This document shows positions 33,398 to 43,043 of a stretch of DNA of 64,000 nt, in pieces (the stretch's first letter is position 1; each line of letters begins with the position of its first letter). Under the pieces are notes generated by a model. That model was not told where the DNA came from, searched no databases, and saw only the letters and a program-made list of their open reading frames with translations. Location: IMG/VR virus record IMGVR_UViG_3300036799_000060, one strand, 5' to 3'. Origin of the DNA: a virus. Both the position numbers and the translations under genes were made by a program.

Positions 33398-33757
33398 ATG
33401 GGCGCTGCCCTGGCGGCACAGTCATTCCCGCACAACGGTGCGGCGATCACCTACACCACGTCGGGGTCCGGCACGCCGCTGGCCACCACGAACAACACGT
33501 TCCCGTGCGGCCAGGGGCTCGCGCTGCTGGTGAAGAACGGGTCCGGCGGCACGCTGACCGTGAACTTCACGGTTCCGGCGGGGATCACCGTGGACGGCCT
33601 GCCGCTCACCACGCCGTACGCGCCGACGATCGCTACGGGCGCAGATGCGATCTATCCGCTCCCGGCGGCCAGGTACCAGGACCCGGTGTCCGGTCTGGGC
33701 ACCGTCGGGTTCTCCACCGTCACCTCGGTGTCGGCGGCCGTCATCTCCACGAACTGA
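33398..33757 (+). CDS. hypothetical structural-module protein (119 aa)
   Basis: Listed ORF. Beta-rich, Thr/Gly/Ala-rich. Confidence 0.5.
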   Translation: MGAALAAQSFPHNGAAITYTTSGSGTPLATTNNTFPCGQGLALLVKNGSGGTLTVNFTVPAGITVDGLPLTTPYAPTIATGADAIYPLPAARYQDPVSGLGTVGFSTVTSVSAAVISTN

Positions 33758-33768
33758 GGGAGCTACCC

Positions 33769-34053
33769 GTGACCGAGCCAGCCGCGCCCGTCGCTGCTAC
33801 CGCAGAGATCACCCCGATGGTGAAGCTCATCCACCCCGGCATCGGCGGCCAGGTGGCCGAGGTGCCCGCCGCTGGCGTGGGCCAGTGGTACGCGTCCGGG
33901 TGGGTGCCCCTCACTGAGGAGAACGCCCCGCCCGAGGAGGCACCGGCCGAGCCTCCGCAGCCCATAACCGCCGCCCAAGCCGCCGAGGCGGCAGCGGAGG
34001 ACAGCCCAGCGAAGCCAGCGGCCAAGGCTGGCAAGGCCAGCAAGGGAGAGTGA
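33769..34053 (+). CDS. hypothetical protein with acidic/Pro-Ala-rich tail (94 aa)
   Basis: GTG 33769 follows GAGGGA. Lies within listed ORF 33505-34053. Confidence 0.5.
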   Translation: MTEPAAPVAATAEITPMVKLIHPGIGGQVAEVPAAGVGQWYASGWVPLTEENAPPEEAPAEPPQPITAAQAAEAAAEDSPAKPAAKAGKASKGE

Positions 34054-34056
34054 GCA

Positions 34057-34536
34057 ATGCCCCCGTCGCCACTGACTGCCACCTCGCGGTACGTCTCCGA
34101 GGGCGTTCGGAAGATCTACTTCATGTCCACGACGGCCAACTACCTGGCTCCGACGCGGGGTGAGCTGAACGCCGGGATCGACCTCACCAACGAGATCGCC
34201 GAGATGTCCGGGTTCACCGTCTCCTCGGACACCCAGGACGTGCCGGACATGAGCGGGCGCTTCACAGCCAAGATCCCCGGGCGGATCACCGCCGACGACT
34301 CGTCCATCCGGTTCTACGCGTCCCAGACTTCGGCGGACGTGCGCACCGTGCTCCCCCGGGATACGGCGGGCTACATCGTCACCTTGTGGGAGGGCGATGT
34401 GTCCACCCAGAAGATGGACGTGTGGCCGGTGAAGGTCACGGCCTCGTCGGTGCAGACGGTGATTGACGATCCGGCGTCGATCCTGGTCGGGTTCACCGTC
34501 ACCAAGGTCCCGGCGCAGAACGTCACTATCCCGTAG
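34057..34536 (+). CDS. major tail (tube) protein
   Basis: 159 aa, immediately upstream of the G/GT chaperone pair and followed by a strong hairpin. The KIYFMSTTANYLAPTRGELNAGIDLTNEI... pattern is like siphophage tube proteins. Confidence 0.65.
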   Translation: MPPSPLTATSRYVSEGVRKIYFMSTTANYLAPTRGELNAGIDLTNEIAEMSGFTVSSDTQDVPDMSGRFTAKIPGRITADDSSIRFYASQTSADVRTVLPRDTAGYIVTLWEGDVSTQKMDVWPVKVTASSVQTVIDDPASILVGFTVTKVPAQNVTIP

Positions 34537-34540
34537 ACAA

Positions 34541-34568
34541 CGCGGGCCGCCTGACCAGGCGGCCCGCG
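34541..34568 (+). terminator. hairpin after the major tail gene
   Basis: 12-bp perfect stem CGCGGGCCGCCT / AGGCGGCCCGCG with loop GACC. Confidence 0.55.
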
Positions 34569-34629
34569 TGCTGGGGTGCCCTGCTAAAGCACCAGCGAAT
34601 CCACCCTACTCGAAGGGACCGCCCCCCCG

Positions 34630-35040
34630 ATGGCTCTGCTTACTCATGATCAGATTCTCAAGGTTGACGACCGCCAGATCGAAGAGGTGGAGGTGCCCGA
34701 GTGGGGCGGCTCTGTTCTGGTGGCGGGCATGGACGGCAACGGCCGCGATGAGTATTTCGCGTCGATGGCCGTCATGCGGCAGCGGCCCGGGAAGGCGCCG
34801 CAGATGGGCATGAACGCCGAGAGCGCCACATCCAAGCTGGTGGCCCGGTGCATCCTGGACCCCGACGACCCCGACCGCAAGGCGCTGATGTTCACCCCGC
34901 AGGAGGTGTGGGCGCTCGGCGAGAAGTCCGGGGCGGCGCTGAACCGGGTGTATGAGGTGGCGCTGAAGCTGTCCGGCCTGGACAACGAGGACATGGAAGA
35001 ACTGGGAAAAGCCTCAGGCGGGGAGATCATCCCGAGCTGA
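34630..35040 (+). CDS. tail assembly chaperone (G-like)
   Basis: Listed ORF between tail tube and tape measure. Carries a slippery heptamer near its 3' end. Confidence 0.75.
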   Translation: MALLTHDQILKVDDRQIEEVEVPEWGGSVLVAGMDGNGRDEYFASMAVMRQRPGKAPQMGMNAESATSKLVARCILDPDDPDRKALMFTPQEVWALGEKSGAALNRVYEVALKLSGLDNEDMEELGKASGGEIIPS

Positions 35041-35228
35041 TCTTCTACCTGGCGCTGGCGCGGGATCTCGGCTGCACCAAGGCCGAGCTGCTGTCGCGGA
35101 TCTCCTCACGGGAGCTGTCCGAGTGGTGGCTGTTCTACGAGCTGGAAGCCGAGGAGGCCAAGCGGCAGCGCGACCGCAAGCCCGGCGACAGGGACGGCAA
35201 GCCGAAGATCAACACACGGGGGCTGTAG
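34630..35228 (+). CDS. tail assembly chaperone, -1 frameshift product (GT-like; join 34630..35010,35010..35228)
   Basis: After GGGAAAA (35004-35010) the -1 frame stays open for 72 codons (SLRRGDHPELIFYLALARDLGCTKAELLSRISSRELSEWWLFYELEAEEAKRQRDRKPGDRDGKPKINTRGL) and ends at TAG 35226-35228. Confidence 0.65.
35004..35010 (+). promoter_or_regulatory. -1 programmed frameshift slippery heptamer G_GGA_AAA
   Basis: X_XXY_YYZ pattern in the zero frame (ctG GGA AAA), 30 nt before the G stop. Confidence 0.7.
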
Positions 35229-35795
35229 ATGGCTGAGATCACCGGCACCGGGGTGCCTGAGATGAAGGCGCTTGCGGTGAAGCTGCGGGCGGCCGACCCG
35301 GCGCTCCAGCGGGAGCTACGCCGCCAGTTCCGGCAGATCGCCAACCCGCTGGCCGAGTCGGCGCGGCAGTCGATCATGTCGATGCCAGCTAAGGATGAGG
35401 ATGCGCCGCCGCATCTGCGGGCCGAGGTGGCCAAGACGGTGTATGCGTCGGTGGGGATCACCAAGACCGGTGTGCGGGTGGACATCGTGTCCAACGGCAA
35501 CCGGATGCCTGAGGGGATGAGGAACATCCCGGCGTACCTGGATCAGCCGCAGGGCTGGTCGCACCCGGTGTTCGCGCACGGTGAACGGTTCCATCTGGGC
35601 CGGTCGCGGGCACGCAAGTTCCGGTTCCGCCCGGCGGTGCTGCGCCCGCTGGTGAAGCGCGGTAGCTGGACGTGGGTCAAGCAGGTGGGTAAGCCGGGCT
35701 GGTTCGAGGGGCCGCTGGAGGCCCGCGCCGGGTTCGAGGGGCGGGACGCGGCGCAGGCCGCTATCGAGTCGGTCAAGCGGAAACTCGGCGCCTAG
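35229..35795 (+). CDS. hypothetical protein (188 aa), possibly HK97 gp10-like
   Basis: ATG directly abuts the GT stop. It sits unusually between the chaperones and the tape measure. The gp10-like call is weak and rests only on the general pattern RAEVAKTVYASVGITKTGVRVDIVS. Confidence 0.45.
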   Translation: MAEITGTGVPEMKALAVKLRAADPALQRELRRQFRQIANPLAESARQSIMSMPAKDEDAPPHLRAEVAKTVYASVGITKTGVRVDIVSNGNRMPEGMRNIPAYLDQPQGWSHPVFAHGERFHLGRSRARKFRFRPAVLRPLVKRGSWTWVKQVGKPGWFEGPLEARAGFEGRDAAQAAIESVKRKLGA

Positions 35796-36016
35796 CCGGA
35801 CAGTGTTTCATCGCCCCGGTAGGGCGGCGGGTCGTCTGGCTGGCGGGTGTCGGGGACGTGCGAGGCGGACATGGTGAATACGCCGCGTTCGTCCCATTCG
35901 ATGTGCATCCACCCGGGGCCGGGCTGCGGGTAGTAGGACATTTCGCGGGTGGTGCCGTCGGGTAGCTGCTCGTGCACGTCCCAGCGCCAGACCCGGGTCA
36001 CCTGTACACCGCTCAT
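35792..36016 (-). CDS. small hypothetical protein (74 aa), reverse strand
   Basis: ATG 36016 (MSGVQVTRVWRWDVHEQLPDGTTREMSYYPQPGPGWMHIEWDERGVF...) within listed ORF 35792-36151. GC3 bias. Confidence 0.5.
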   Translation of the reverse strand: MSGVQVTRVWRWDVHEQLPDGTTREMSYYPQPGPGWMHIEWDERGVFTMSASHVPDTRQPDDPPPYRGDETLSG

Positions 36017-36027
36017 ACTTGGCGAGC

Positions 36028-36453
36028 CTAGCTGTCCTGGCACACCTGGTGGCGGACAACGACGGCACCTAGCTGGCTGGCCCGGTCGGCTGTCCAGCCG
36101 GACCCGTAGGTGGTTGCCTGGCGGCAGTGCAGCCGCAGCAGGTGGGTGCATCCCTCGGCGATCAGTTCATCCCGCCAGCGGAACCCGCCCTCGCCGTGGA
36201 AGCGGCGCACCTTGGGCTCGTGGATGATCAGCGTGCCGTCGGCCTCGCTGTACCCGGCGGCCTCGGCGGCGGCCTGGCCGATCGCGTCGGCGCCGTCGGC
36301 TCCCCCGGAGATCACCACGTCCGGGCGGAGCCGGGCAATGGCGAGATCGGCTCGGGCGCGGGCGCGTTCGGGGTCGCCGGGGCAGTCCAGCACCCGGGTT
36401 CCGATGATCGCCAGCCTGATAGCCACACCCCGGATACTAGGCGGCCCGGCCAT
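36028..36453 (-). CDS. SLOG-superfamily / DUF2493-like protein (141 aa), reverse strand
   Basis: ATG 36453. IRLAIIGTR...DVVISGGADGADAIGQAAAEAAG... resembles the Rossmann-like GGA.GaD core of DUF2493/YpsA-type SLOG domains. Confidence 0.5.
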   Translation of the reverse strand: MAGPPSIRGVAIRLAIIGTRVLDCPGDPERARARADLAIARLRPDVVISGGADGADAIGQAAAEAAGYSEADGTLIIHEPKVRRFHGEGGFRWRDELIAEGCTHLLRLHCRQATTYGSGWTADRASQLGAVVVRHQVCQDS

Positions 36454-36605
36454 CCGCCTCCTGTGACGCTCTGCGGCCCCCTGCCCGCCTGACGGGTGGG
36501 GGGCCACGTCCTGTGTATGGGCTCTGGCGGCCACGCCGCAGGAGCCGTTCTGACGTGCCCCGTGGGGGGACGTGTAACCGCTTCACGACTCATACAGGAG
36601 GGCGC

Positions 36606-39494
36606 GTGGCAACCACGCTGCGGTTCATCCTCCTAGGCGACGATCAGGCGTCCAGGGCGTTTGACAAGTTCGCCAAGTCGGTCGAACGGTCCAACCAGGC
36701 GGTAACCCGCTCGAACGCGCAACTGAAGGCGCAGCAAAAGGGGCTCGCCACTGCGGCTATGAGTTTCACCCGGCTGGCTGGCGAGGTGACCGGGACGGGT
36801 TCGGCGTTCACTGTCGCCTCTAGCAAGGCGTCGGTGATGACCCGGGTGCTGGCCGGGCTGAACCTGGCCACCGGGCTGGCGGAGCCGCTGATCTCCTCGC
36901 TGGTGGTGTCCACCGTCGCTTTGTCGTCGGCGCTGGTAGCGGGCGGGGCTGGCCTGGCCGCGTACGGGGTGGCGTTCAAGCCGCTGGCGACGCAAATCGG
37001 CACCATCATGAAGTTGCAGCAGCAGGCCGCCAACGGGTCGAAGGCGGCGCAGAAGCAGCTTCAGCAGGCCCTCAAGACGACGCCGCCTGTGGTGGTGCGG
37101 TTCGCTAAGTCGCTGAAGGACGCGCAGACCGCCTACACGTCGTGGGCGGACAAGCTGGCCCGGCCGGTGCTGAAGCCACTCCAGATCGCCCTCGGGGCGG
37201 TGAACCCGCTGCTGAAGGCGATTTCGCCGCTGGTGAAGGCGGCTGCCGGGGCGCTGACGGTGGTGGTGGGGCAGCTCGCGGCGCCGATCCACAACGGCGG
37301 CCTGGAGCGGATCGTGCAGACGATCTTGCCTCATGTCCAGCCGGTGATCATCGGCATGGCGCAGGCCATCGGGAACATCGTGGTCGGCATCGGCGGGGTG
37401 CTGAAGGCGTTTCTTCCGTTCAGCGACAGCATGGTGTTCGGCCTGGACAAGATCACCAGGAAGTTCCGCGACTGGGGGACCACCCTGTCCGGGCACTCCG
37501 GGTTCCACGCCATCGTGGCGCAGTGGAAGCAGGACTGGCCGGTGATCAAGCCGGTGCTGGAGAACCTGCTGAAGATCTTCAAGAACGTTGTCGCGGACCT
37601 GGCGTCGATGGCCACGCCGTCTAACTCCAAGGCGCTGTGGCAGATCGCTAACCCGCTCCTCGCGCTGGCGCTGCGGCTGTCAAGCCATCCGGCGCTGGTG
37701 ACGGCGCTGGCGTACCTGGTGCTGCTGTCCAAGGGCGGGGGGCAGCTTAAGACGGCGTTCGATGGGCTGAAGACCGGATGGGGCACCCTCTCGAACGTTG
37801 TCAACAAGCTGACCGGCGGCAAGATCGGCACCGGTATGCAGTCGGCCGGGGACACGATGCTGGCCGCGTCGCGGAACATGCAGAAAGCGGCCGACACGAT
37901 GGCCGCCGCCAGCGGCGGCAAGGCTGCGGCTGGCGGCGCGGCGGGGGAGGCTGCGGCGGGCGCGGCTGGTGGCGGCGGGCTGCGCGGCATCTTGTCCAAG
38001 GCGGGCAAGCTCGGGCTGGGCGCGCTCGGTGAGATCGGGCTGCCCCTGTTCGCCACCTCCAAGATCAAGCTGCCCGGGTTCGATAAGAACGTTCTCCACT
38101 CGGACATCCAGTCGTTCCAGGACAACTTCACCACGCCGCTGAAGAAGGCGTGGAACGCCGTTGTGCCCGCGCTCGGGTCGGCGTTCACCCCCGGTGGGGC
38201 GCTGAACAAGTCGCTGCTGCACGGCTGGGATCACATGGTGCACGGGCTCACCTCGGCCGTCGGGTCCGCTTTCAGCCCGGGGGGCGCGCTCAACAAGTCC
38301 ATGCTGCGCGGCGGCGCCAACATGATCAACTCGTTCAACAACGGGGCCACGCACGCGTGGGTGACGGTGCGGCAATGGCTGAACCGCACCTCGGACCGGG
38401 TGACGACGGCCGTAGGCAACCTGGGCCGCACCCTATGGAACAACGGGCTGCAATCCATCCGGGGCCTGCTGAACGCCGGGCAGTTCTTCTGGAACGGCAC
38501 CGCCCGGCCGTGGCTGTCCGGTGTCGGTGGCCGCATCCGCAACGCGGTGGGCAACCTGACCCGCACCCTGTTCGCCACCGGGCAGAACGTGGTGCACGGG
38601 CTGCTGACCGGCATCCGCAGCTTCATGGCCGGGATCGGTTCCTGGGTCAAGGGCAACATTGTGGACCCGCTGGTCAACGCCGTGAAGCACTTCTTCGGCA
38701 TCAACTCGCCGTCCACCGTCATGGCCGGGATCGGCGGCCACCTGGTCGGCGGCCTGATCAAGGGCATCGTGGACGCCAACCCGGTGGCCGTGATCAAGAA
38801 GGTGTTCGGCTCCATGCCTGCGGCGCTCGGGCACCTGGTGGAAAAGGGCCTGATCGGGTTCGGCTCGCTCGGCTCCCGGGCGCTTAAGGCCCTCGGTGCC
38901 GTCGGCGGGTTCTTCAAGAACCTGTTCGGCGGCGGTGGCGGCGGCCCGCCGTCGGCTAACCGGACGCTGGCGATGAAGATGTTCCCGTGGCCCGCGTCGA
39001 TGTTCGGCGCGTTTGACTACCTGGAGATGCGCGAGGCGGGCTACTCGCTGACGGCGCGCAACCCTAGCTCGGGCGCCTACGGCATGGCCCAGTTCATTAA
39101 CGGGCCGAGCGAATATTTCCAGTACGGCGGCAACCCGTCCACGGCTTCTGGCCAGTTGATCGGCATGTTCAACTACATCCGCCAGCGCTATGGCAACCCG
39201 GTCAACGCGGCTGCCCACGAACGGGCTTTCAACTGGTATGCGGGCGGCGGCCCGATTGACGAACCGGTGATCGGCCTCGGCATGCGCTCCGGGCGCGGTT
39301 ACGGCTTCGGCGAGGCCGGGGGCGAGTACGTGTCCAGCCAGGCATCCATGCGGGACGTGGCGGCGCTGCTGGCGTCGATCCATTCCGAGCTGATCCGGCA
39401 GGGCCGGACCCACGCAGCTAACCCGGACAGGACGGGTGCGGCTGTGTCCAAGGCGCTCAACTCGACTACCCGGGCTATCGCGGTGAGGGGGTGA
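36606..39494 (+). CDS. tape measure protein with C-terminal lysozyme-like/transglycosylase motif
   Basis: 962 aa from GTG 36606 (after GGAGGG). Long helical, Ala/Gly/Leu-rich sequence with hydrophobic blocks. The C-terminal EMREAGYSLTARNPSSGAYGMAQFINGPSEYFQYGG...FNYIRQRYGNP is a peptidoglycan-hydrolase-type motif known in actinophage tape measures. Confidence 0.9.
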   Translation: MATTLRFILLGDDQASRAFDKFAKSVERSNQAVTRSNAQLKAQQKGLATAAMSFTRLAGEVTGTGSAFTVASSKASVMTRVLAGLNLATGLAEPLISSLVVSTVALSSALVAGGAGLAAYGVAFKPLATQIGTIMKLQQQAANGSKAAQKQLQQALKTTPPVVVRFAKSLKDAQTAYTSWADKLARPVLKPLQIALGAVNPLLKAISPLVKAAAGALTVVVGQLAAPIHNGGLERIVQTILPHVQPVIIGMAQAIGNIVVGIGGVLKAFLPFSDSMVFGLDKITRKFRDWGTTLSGHSGFHAIVAQWKQDWPVIKPVLENLLKIFKNVVADLASMATPSNSKALWQIANPLLALALRLSSHPALVTALAYLVLLSKGGGQLKTAFDGLKTGWGTLSNVVNKLTGGKIGTGMQSAGDTMLAASRNMQKAADTMAAASGGKAAAGGAAGEAAAGAAGGGGLRGILSKAGKLGLGALGEIGLPLFATSKIKLPGFDKNVLHSDIQSFQDNFTTPLKKAWNAVVPALGSAFTPGGALNKSLLHGWDHMVHGLTSAVGSAFSPGGALNKSMLRGGANMINSFNNGATHAWVTVRQWLNRTSDRVTTAVGNLGRTLWNNGLQSIRGLLNAGQFFWNGTARPWLSGVGGRIRNAVGNLTRTLFATGQNVVHGLLTGIRSFMAGIGSWVKGNIVDPLVNAVKHFFGINSPSTVMAGIGGHLVGGLIKGIVDANPVAVIKKVFGSMPAALGHLVEKGLIGFGSLGSRALKALGAVGGFFKNLFGGGGGGPPSANRTLAMKMFPWPASMFGAFDYLEMREAGYSLTARNPSSGAYGMAQFINGPSEYFQYGGNPSTASGQLIGMFNYIRQRYGNPVNAAAHERAFNWYAGGGPIDEPVIGLGMRSGRGYGFGEAGGEYVSSQASMRDVAALLASIHSELIRQGRTHAANPDRTGAAVSKALNSTTRAIAVRG

Positions 39495-39495
39495 C

Positions 39496-42400
39496 ATGGC
39501 CGAGTCGCTGACGATCGCCGGGCAGATTGAACTGCTCGGCCCCGACGGGGGCATGCCGTCCCAGGTGCCGCAGTGTGCGGGTGCCACGTTCCTGCTCGCA
39601 CCCGGTTACGACCTGTCTGCGCCGCAGACCGTGGTGGACATTCTGGCCGCTGGGCTGCTAGACGGCGAGGTCCCGATTGGGCGCCGTGCCAGCAACCGGA
39701 CGATCACCTTGCCTATCAAGCTGACCGCGCCGGACCGGACGACGCTGGCGGCGGCGCGGGAGTTCCTGCTGTCCACCATTGACGAGGACTACTGGCAGCT
39801 CGTGTGGACCCGTGACGGCGGGCTGCCGATGGTGCTGGACTGCTTCCGCGCGGCCCCGGCCGTGGCGCAGTCGGACGTGCTCACCGAACAGCAGTTGGTC
39901 AGCCTTATTCAGGTGTCGTTCCAGGCGCTCCCGTACGGCCGCAGCGATCAGCCCGAGGTGCTGGAGTTCCCGGCGCCGTCCCAGACGTTCAACCAGCCAG
40001 CCAGCCCGGTCAGCGTTGACATCTTCGGCACGGCATCGAACTTCCTTCAGGGCGACGATGCCGGGTTCGAGGCCACGGTGGGCAACTGGCTGGCGGCGGT
40101 GAACTGCGCCGTGGCGCGTACGACGGCGCAGGCGCATTCGGGTACCGCGTCGCTGGGCATCACCAGCTCGGCGGCCGGGAACATGGAGGCGATCTCGTGT
40201 AGCGCGGGCGCGTTCGGGACGCTCATGTTTGCCGTCTCCCCGGGCCGCACCTATACCCTGTCCGGCTGGTTCCGGGCGGCCACAGCCGGGCGGAGCTGCA
40301 ACGTCGGCCTTGACTTCTACGACCCGCAGGGCGTCCAGGTCGGGGCCAGGCTGGCTGGCTCGAACATCACCGACACCACCACGGGGTTCACCCAGGCCAC
40401 GGCGTCGATCGTCGCACCGGCCACGGCCGCTTGGGCGCGGGTGCATCCGCAGGTGGTGTCCACGGCCGCTGGCGGCGAGCTTCACTACCTGGACGATGTG
40501 TCGCTGGACGGCGGCGCCGTCTATTCCTACACCGACAGCAACCAATGGCTGCTGTCGTCGCTGACCCCGGTGACGGGGCACCACTCGGCGAAGTGGATTC
40601 AGACGGCCCAGGACTACCCGGTCTACGACCACATCCTCCCGGCGGCGATCGACATCACGAACCGGGGCAAGTGGACGTTCTGGCTTGGGCTCGGCACGTC
40701 CACGCCAACGGTGTGGACTAAGGGCACGGTGACGTTCGCCGTCACGCTGACGGACAACACTGGCGCCCAGATCTCGTTCTCCGGGCGGCAGCAGTGCACC
40801 GCCTCCAAGATCGACTCTCAGCCGCACTGGCAACTGATCTCGGTGCCGATCGCCCAGGCGCAGTCGGGGTTCGATTACACCCACGTGGCCCGGTACTCGA
40901 TTGCCGCCTGGAACCTGTGGAACGCGGCGCTGGTGCCGGGTGGCCTGACGACGATCGGCCAGCCGGTGCTCCAGTCCGGTGCCTACCTGGCGGAGGTGAT
41001 CGCTGCCGCGACGGCCACCGGGTCGGCGCTGACGCGCGGGTTCTTCGGCACCATGCCGGGGATCGTCGGCAGCGCGCGGGCGCCGCTGGCCATCCAGGCC
41101 ACGCCTGGTGTCGGCTCGTTCTCCACCGTGTCCGAGTTCACCACGCCGGGCAGCAACGCGTTCACCACGCCTGTGGGTCTGACGGTGGTGGACAAGTCCG
41201 AGGTGTGGAGCGGCGGCGGCGGCGGTGCGGGGCGCAGCTCGAACGTCGGCAACCCCGGTGGCGGCGGCGGTGGCGGAACCGAATATGCGGCCGAGACAGC
41301 TATCCCGGTCAATGCTTCCACGAGCTACCCGCCGTTCGTCGGTTCCGGTGGCGCGGGTGGGGCGGCCGGTTCACAGGGCGCCAGCGGCACCGACTCGCAC
41401 TGGGCTGGGCAGTCCGGCCCGACTGTGTACGCCAACGGCGGCCGTGGCGGCTGGCAGTCGTCTACGTGGGGCGGTGGCAAGGGCGGTACGGGCAGCTCGA
41501 ACCGGATTCACTTCCCCGGCGGCAACGGGCACCAGTCCAACGCCAACGGGGATGGGTTCGGTGGCGGCGGCGGCAGCTCGGGTGGTTCGGCCTCGGGTGG
41601 CAACCCTGGTGACGGCGACTCCTACCGGGGTGCGGCGGCGCCGACTGGCGGCGGCCCTGGCGGCGACGGCGGCCGGTCCTCGGGTTCGCCTAAGAACGGG
41701 TCCTCCCCGTCGATCGGCCCGGGTGGCGGCGGCGGCGGCGGTTCCCAGCAGTCGGGTTCCACGGGCGCGGCCGGGGCGAACGGCAAGGTGCGGCTGACCT
41801 ATGGCGCGACGGGCATTCTGCCGCTGGCGTCGCTGCTGTGCCATGTGCCGGGCCGCGATGAGCCGCCCGCGTTCCAGCCGCTCTGCCCGATCCCGACCAG
41901 CGACGTGCCGAACGGTGGCACCGAGTACACGGTGCCGGTGGTGCAGAACTTGAACGCCAGGTACAACGGCACCTACACGATCTACCTGGTGGCCTCCACC
42001 TACAACACCCCGTCCAGCCCGCGCACCGTCACGATCCAGTTCCGGCAGTACCCGTTCTCGGCGGGCACTGCGCAGACGCAGAACCTCGTGCGGACATTCA
42101 CCCCGAGCGCCGATGTGGTGAACGGCTACACCGACATGGGCGCGATCACGCTGCCGATCGCCGATCTCCCGGCGGGCAACCTGTCGGCGATCTTCGCGTT
42201 CACGATCACCTCCACCAACACCTCGGACCGGTTCCAGGACTTGATCATCTTGAGTGCCGCCGGGTCCACGGTGCTGGTGAACGTGCCGGGCAGTTCGATC
42301 TTCAACAACCTGTGGGTCGACCCGCCGGACACGAACCGGGCGGTGGGCCTGGTGCTCGGCAGCGACGCCGACCGGGACCGGGCGTTCAGCGCCGCCCAGT

Positions 42401-42537
42401 ACATCGAACGCTATTCGGGCGGGCCACTGTCGGTGGAGCCGGGCACCCACTCGCGGCTGCTGGTGTACGCCGCGCAAGGGCTGCCCGGGTTCACCGCGTC
42501 CTACGTCCCGCACTGGTGGATGGACCGGGCGCAGTGA
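39496..42537 (+). CDS. minor tail protein (1013 aa): Dit-like N-terminus, CBM4/9-like module, glycine-rich domain
   Basis: Directly follows the tape measure. The central GNWLAAVNCAVARTTAQAHSGTASLGITS...GRTYTLSGWFRAA...ELHYLDDVSLDG resembles CenC-type carbohydrate-binding modules. A long GGGGGxG-rich region lies around nt 41200-41800. Confidence 0.75.
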   Translation: MAESLTIAGQIELLGPDGGMPSQVPQCAGATFLLAPGYDLSAPQTVVDILAAGLLDGEVPIGRRASNRTITLPIKLTAPDRTTLAAAREFLLSTIDEDYWQLVWTRDGGLPMVLDCFRAAPAVAQSDVLTEQQLVSLIQVSFQALPYGRSDQPEVLEFPAPSQTFNQPASPVSVDIFGTASNFLQGDDAGFEATVGNWLAAVNCAVARTTAQAHSGTASLGITSSAAGNMEAISCSAGAFGTLMFAVSPGRTYTLSGWFRAATAGRSCNVGLDFYDPQGVQVGARLAGSNITDTTTGFTQATASIVAPATAAWARVHPQVVSTAAGGELHYLDDVSLDGGAVYSYTDSNQWLLSSLTPVTGHHSAKWIQTAQDYPVYDHILPAAIDITNRGKWTFWLGLGTSTPTVWTKGTVTFAVTLTDNTGAQISFSGRQQCTASKIDSQPHWQLISVPIAQAQSGFDYTHVARYSIAAWNLWNAALVPGGLTTIGQPVLQSGAYLAEVIAAATATGSALTRGFFGTMPGIVGSARAPLAIQATPGVGSFSTVSEFTTPGSNAFTTPVGLTVVDKSEVWSGGGGGAGRSSNVGNPGGGGGGGTEYAAETAIPVNASTSYPPFVGSGGAGGAAGSQGASGTDSHWAGQSGPTVYANGGRGGWQSSTWGGGKGGTGSSNRIHFPGGNGHQSNANGDGFGGGGGSSGGSASGGNPGDGDSYRGAAAPTGGGPGGDGGRSSGSPKNGSSPSIGPGGGGGGGSQQSGSTGAAGANGKVRLTYGATGILPLASLLCHVPGRDEPPAFQPLCPIPTSDVPNGGTEYTVPVVQNLNARYNGTYTIYLVASTYNTPSSPRTVTIQFRQYPFSAGTAQTQNLVRTFTPSADVVNGYTDMGAITLPIADLPAGNLSAIFAFTITSTNTSDRFQDLIILSAAGSTVLVNVPGSSIFNNLWVDPPDTNRAVGLVLGSDADRDRAFSAAQYIERYSGGPLSVEPGTHSRLLVYAAQGLPGFTASYVPHWWMDRAQ

Positions 42538-43043
42538 GCGATGAGAAGCTGTACGCGCTCCAGCAGCGCCACGACCTGCTCATCGCGCAGGGCTGGACGC
42601 TGCCGTGGGAGGCCGTCAAGAGCGCGGACGAGTCCCGCACCTCCACCACGCTGACCAACGACGGCGATCTCCAGTTCACGAACGTGCCGATCGGCTCCTA
42701 CTGGGTGTCGTTCGATTGCCTCTACACGGGCGGCGCGGGCGTGTCCGAGGGCGACTTCAAAATCGACTTCAACCTGCCTGGCGGGGTCGGGTCGCTGAAC
42801 ACCAACGGGATCGCCCGGCTGGCCTCCGACGCGGGCGCCCTGCACCAGGTGTTCGTGACTGGCGCGTCGGGGTTCACCGCCTGGACTAACGGGCTGGCTA
42901 ACACGTTCGGGTTTTCGCTGACCGGCCTGCTGGTGGCCGCCGCCACTGGCACGTTCGTGCTGCGGTGGGCGTGCGGCACCAACACCGGCACCAGCTCGCG
43001 GCTGCTGCAAAACAGCCGCCTGTCGATCGCCAGGAGGATCTGA
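42534..43043 (+). CDS. minor tail-module protein (169 aa)
   Basis: GTG 42534 forms a GTGA overlap. Lies within listed ORF 42312-43043. Confidence 0.55.
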   Translation: MSDEKLYALQQRHDLLIAQGWTLPWEAVKSADESRTSTTLTNDGDLQFTNVPIGSYWVSFDCLYTGGAGVSEGDFKIDFNLPGGVGSLNTNGIARLASDAGALHQVFVTGASGFTAWTNGLANTFGFSLTGLLVAAATGTFVLRWACGTNTGTSSRLLQNSRLSIARRI

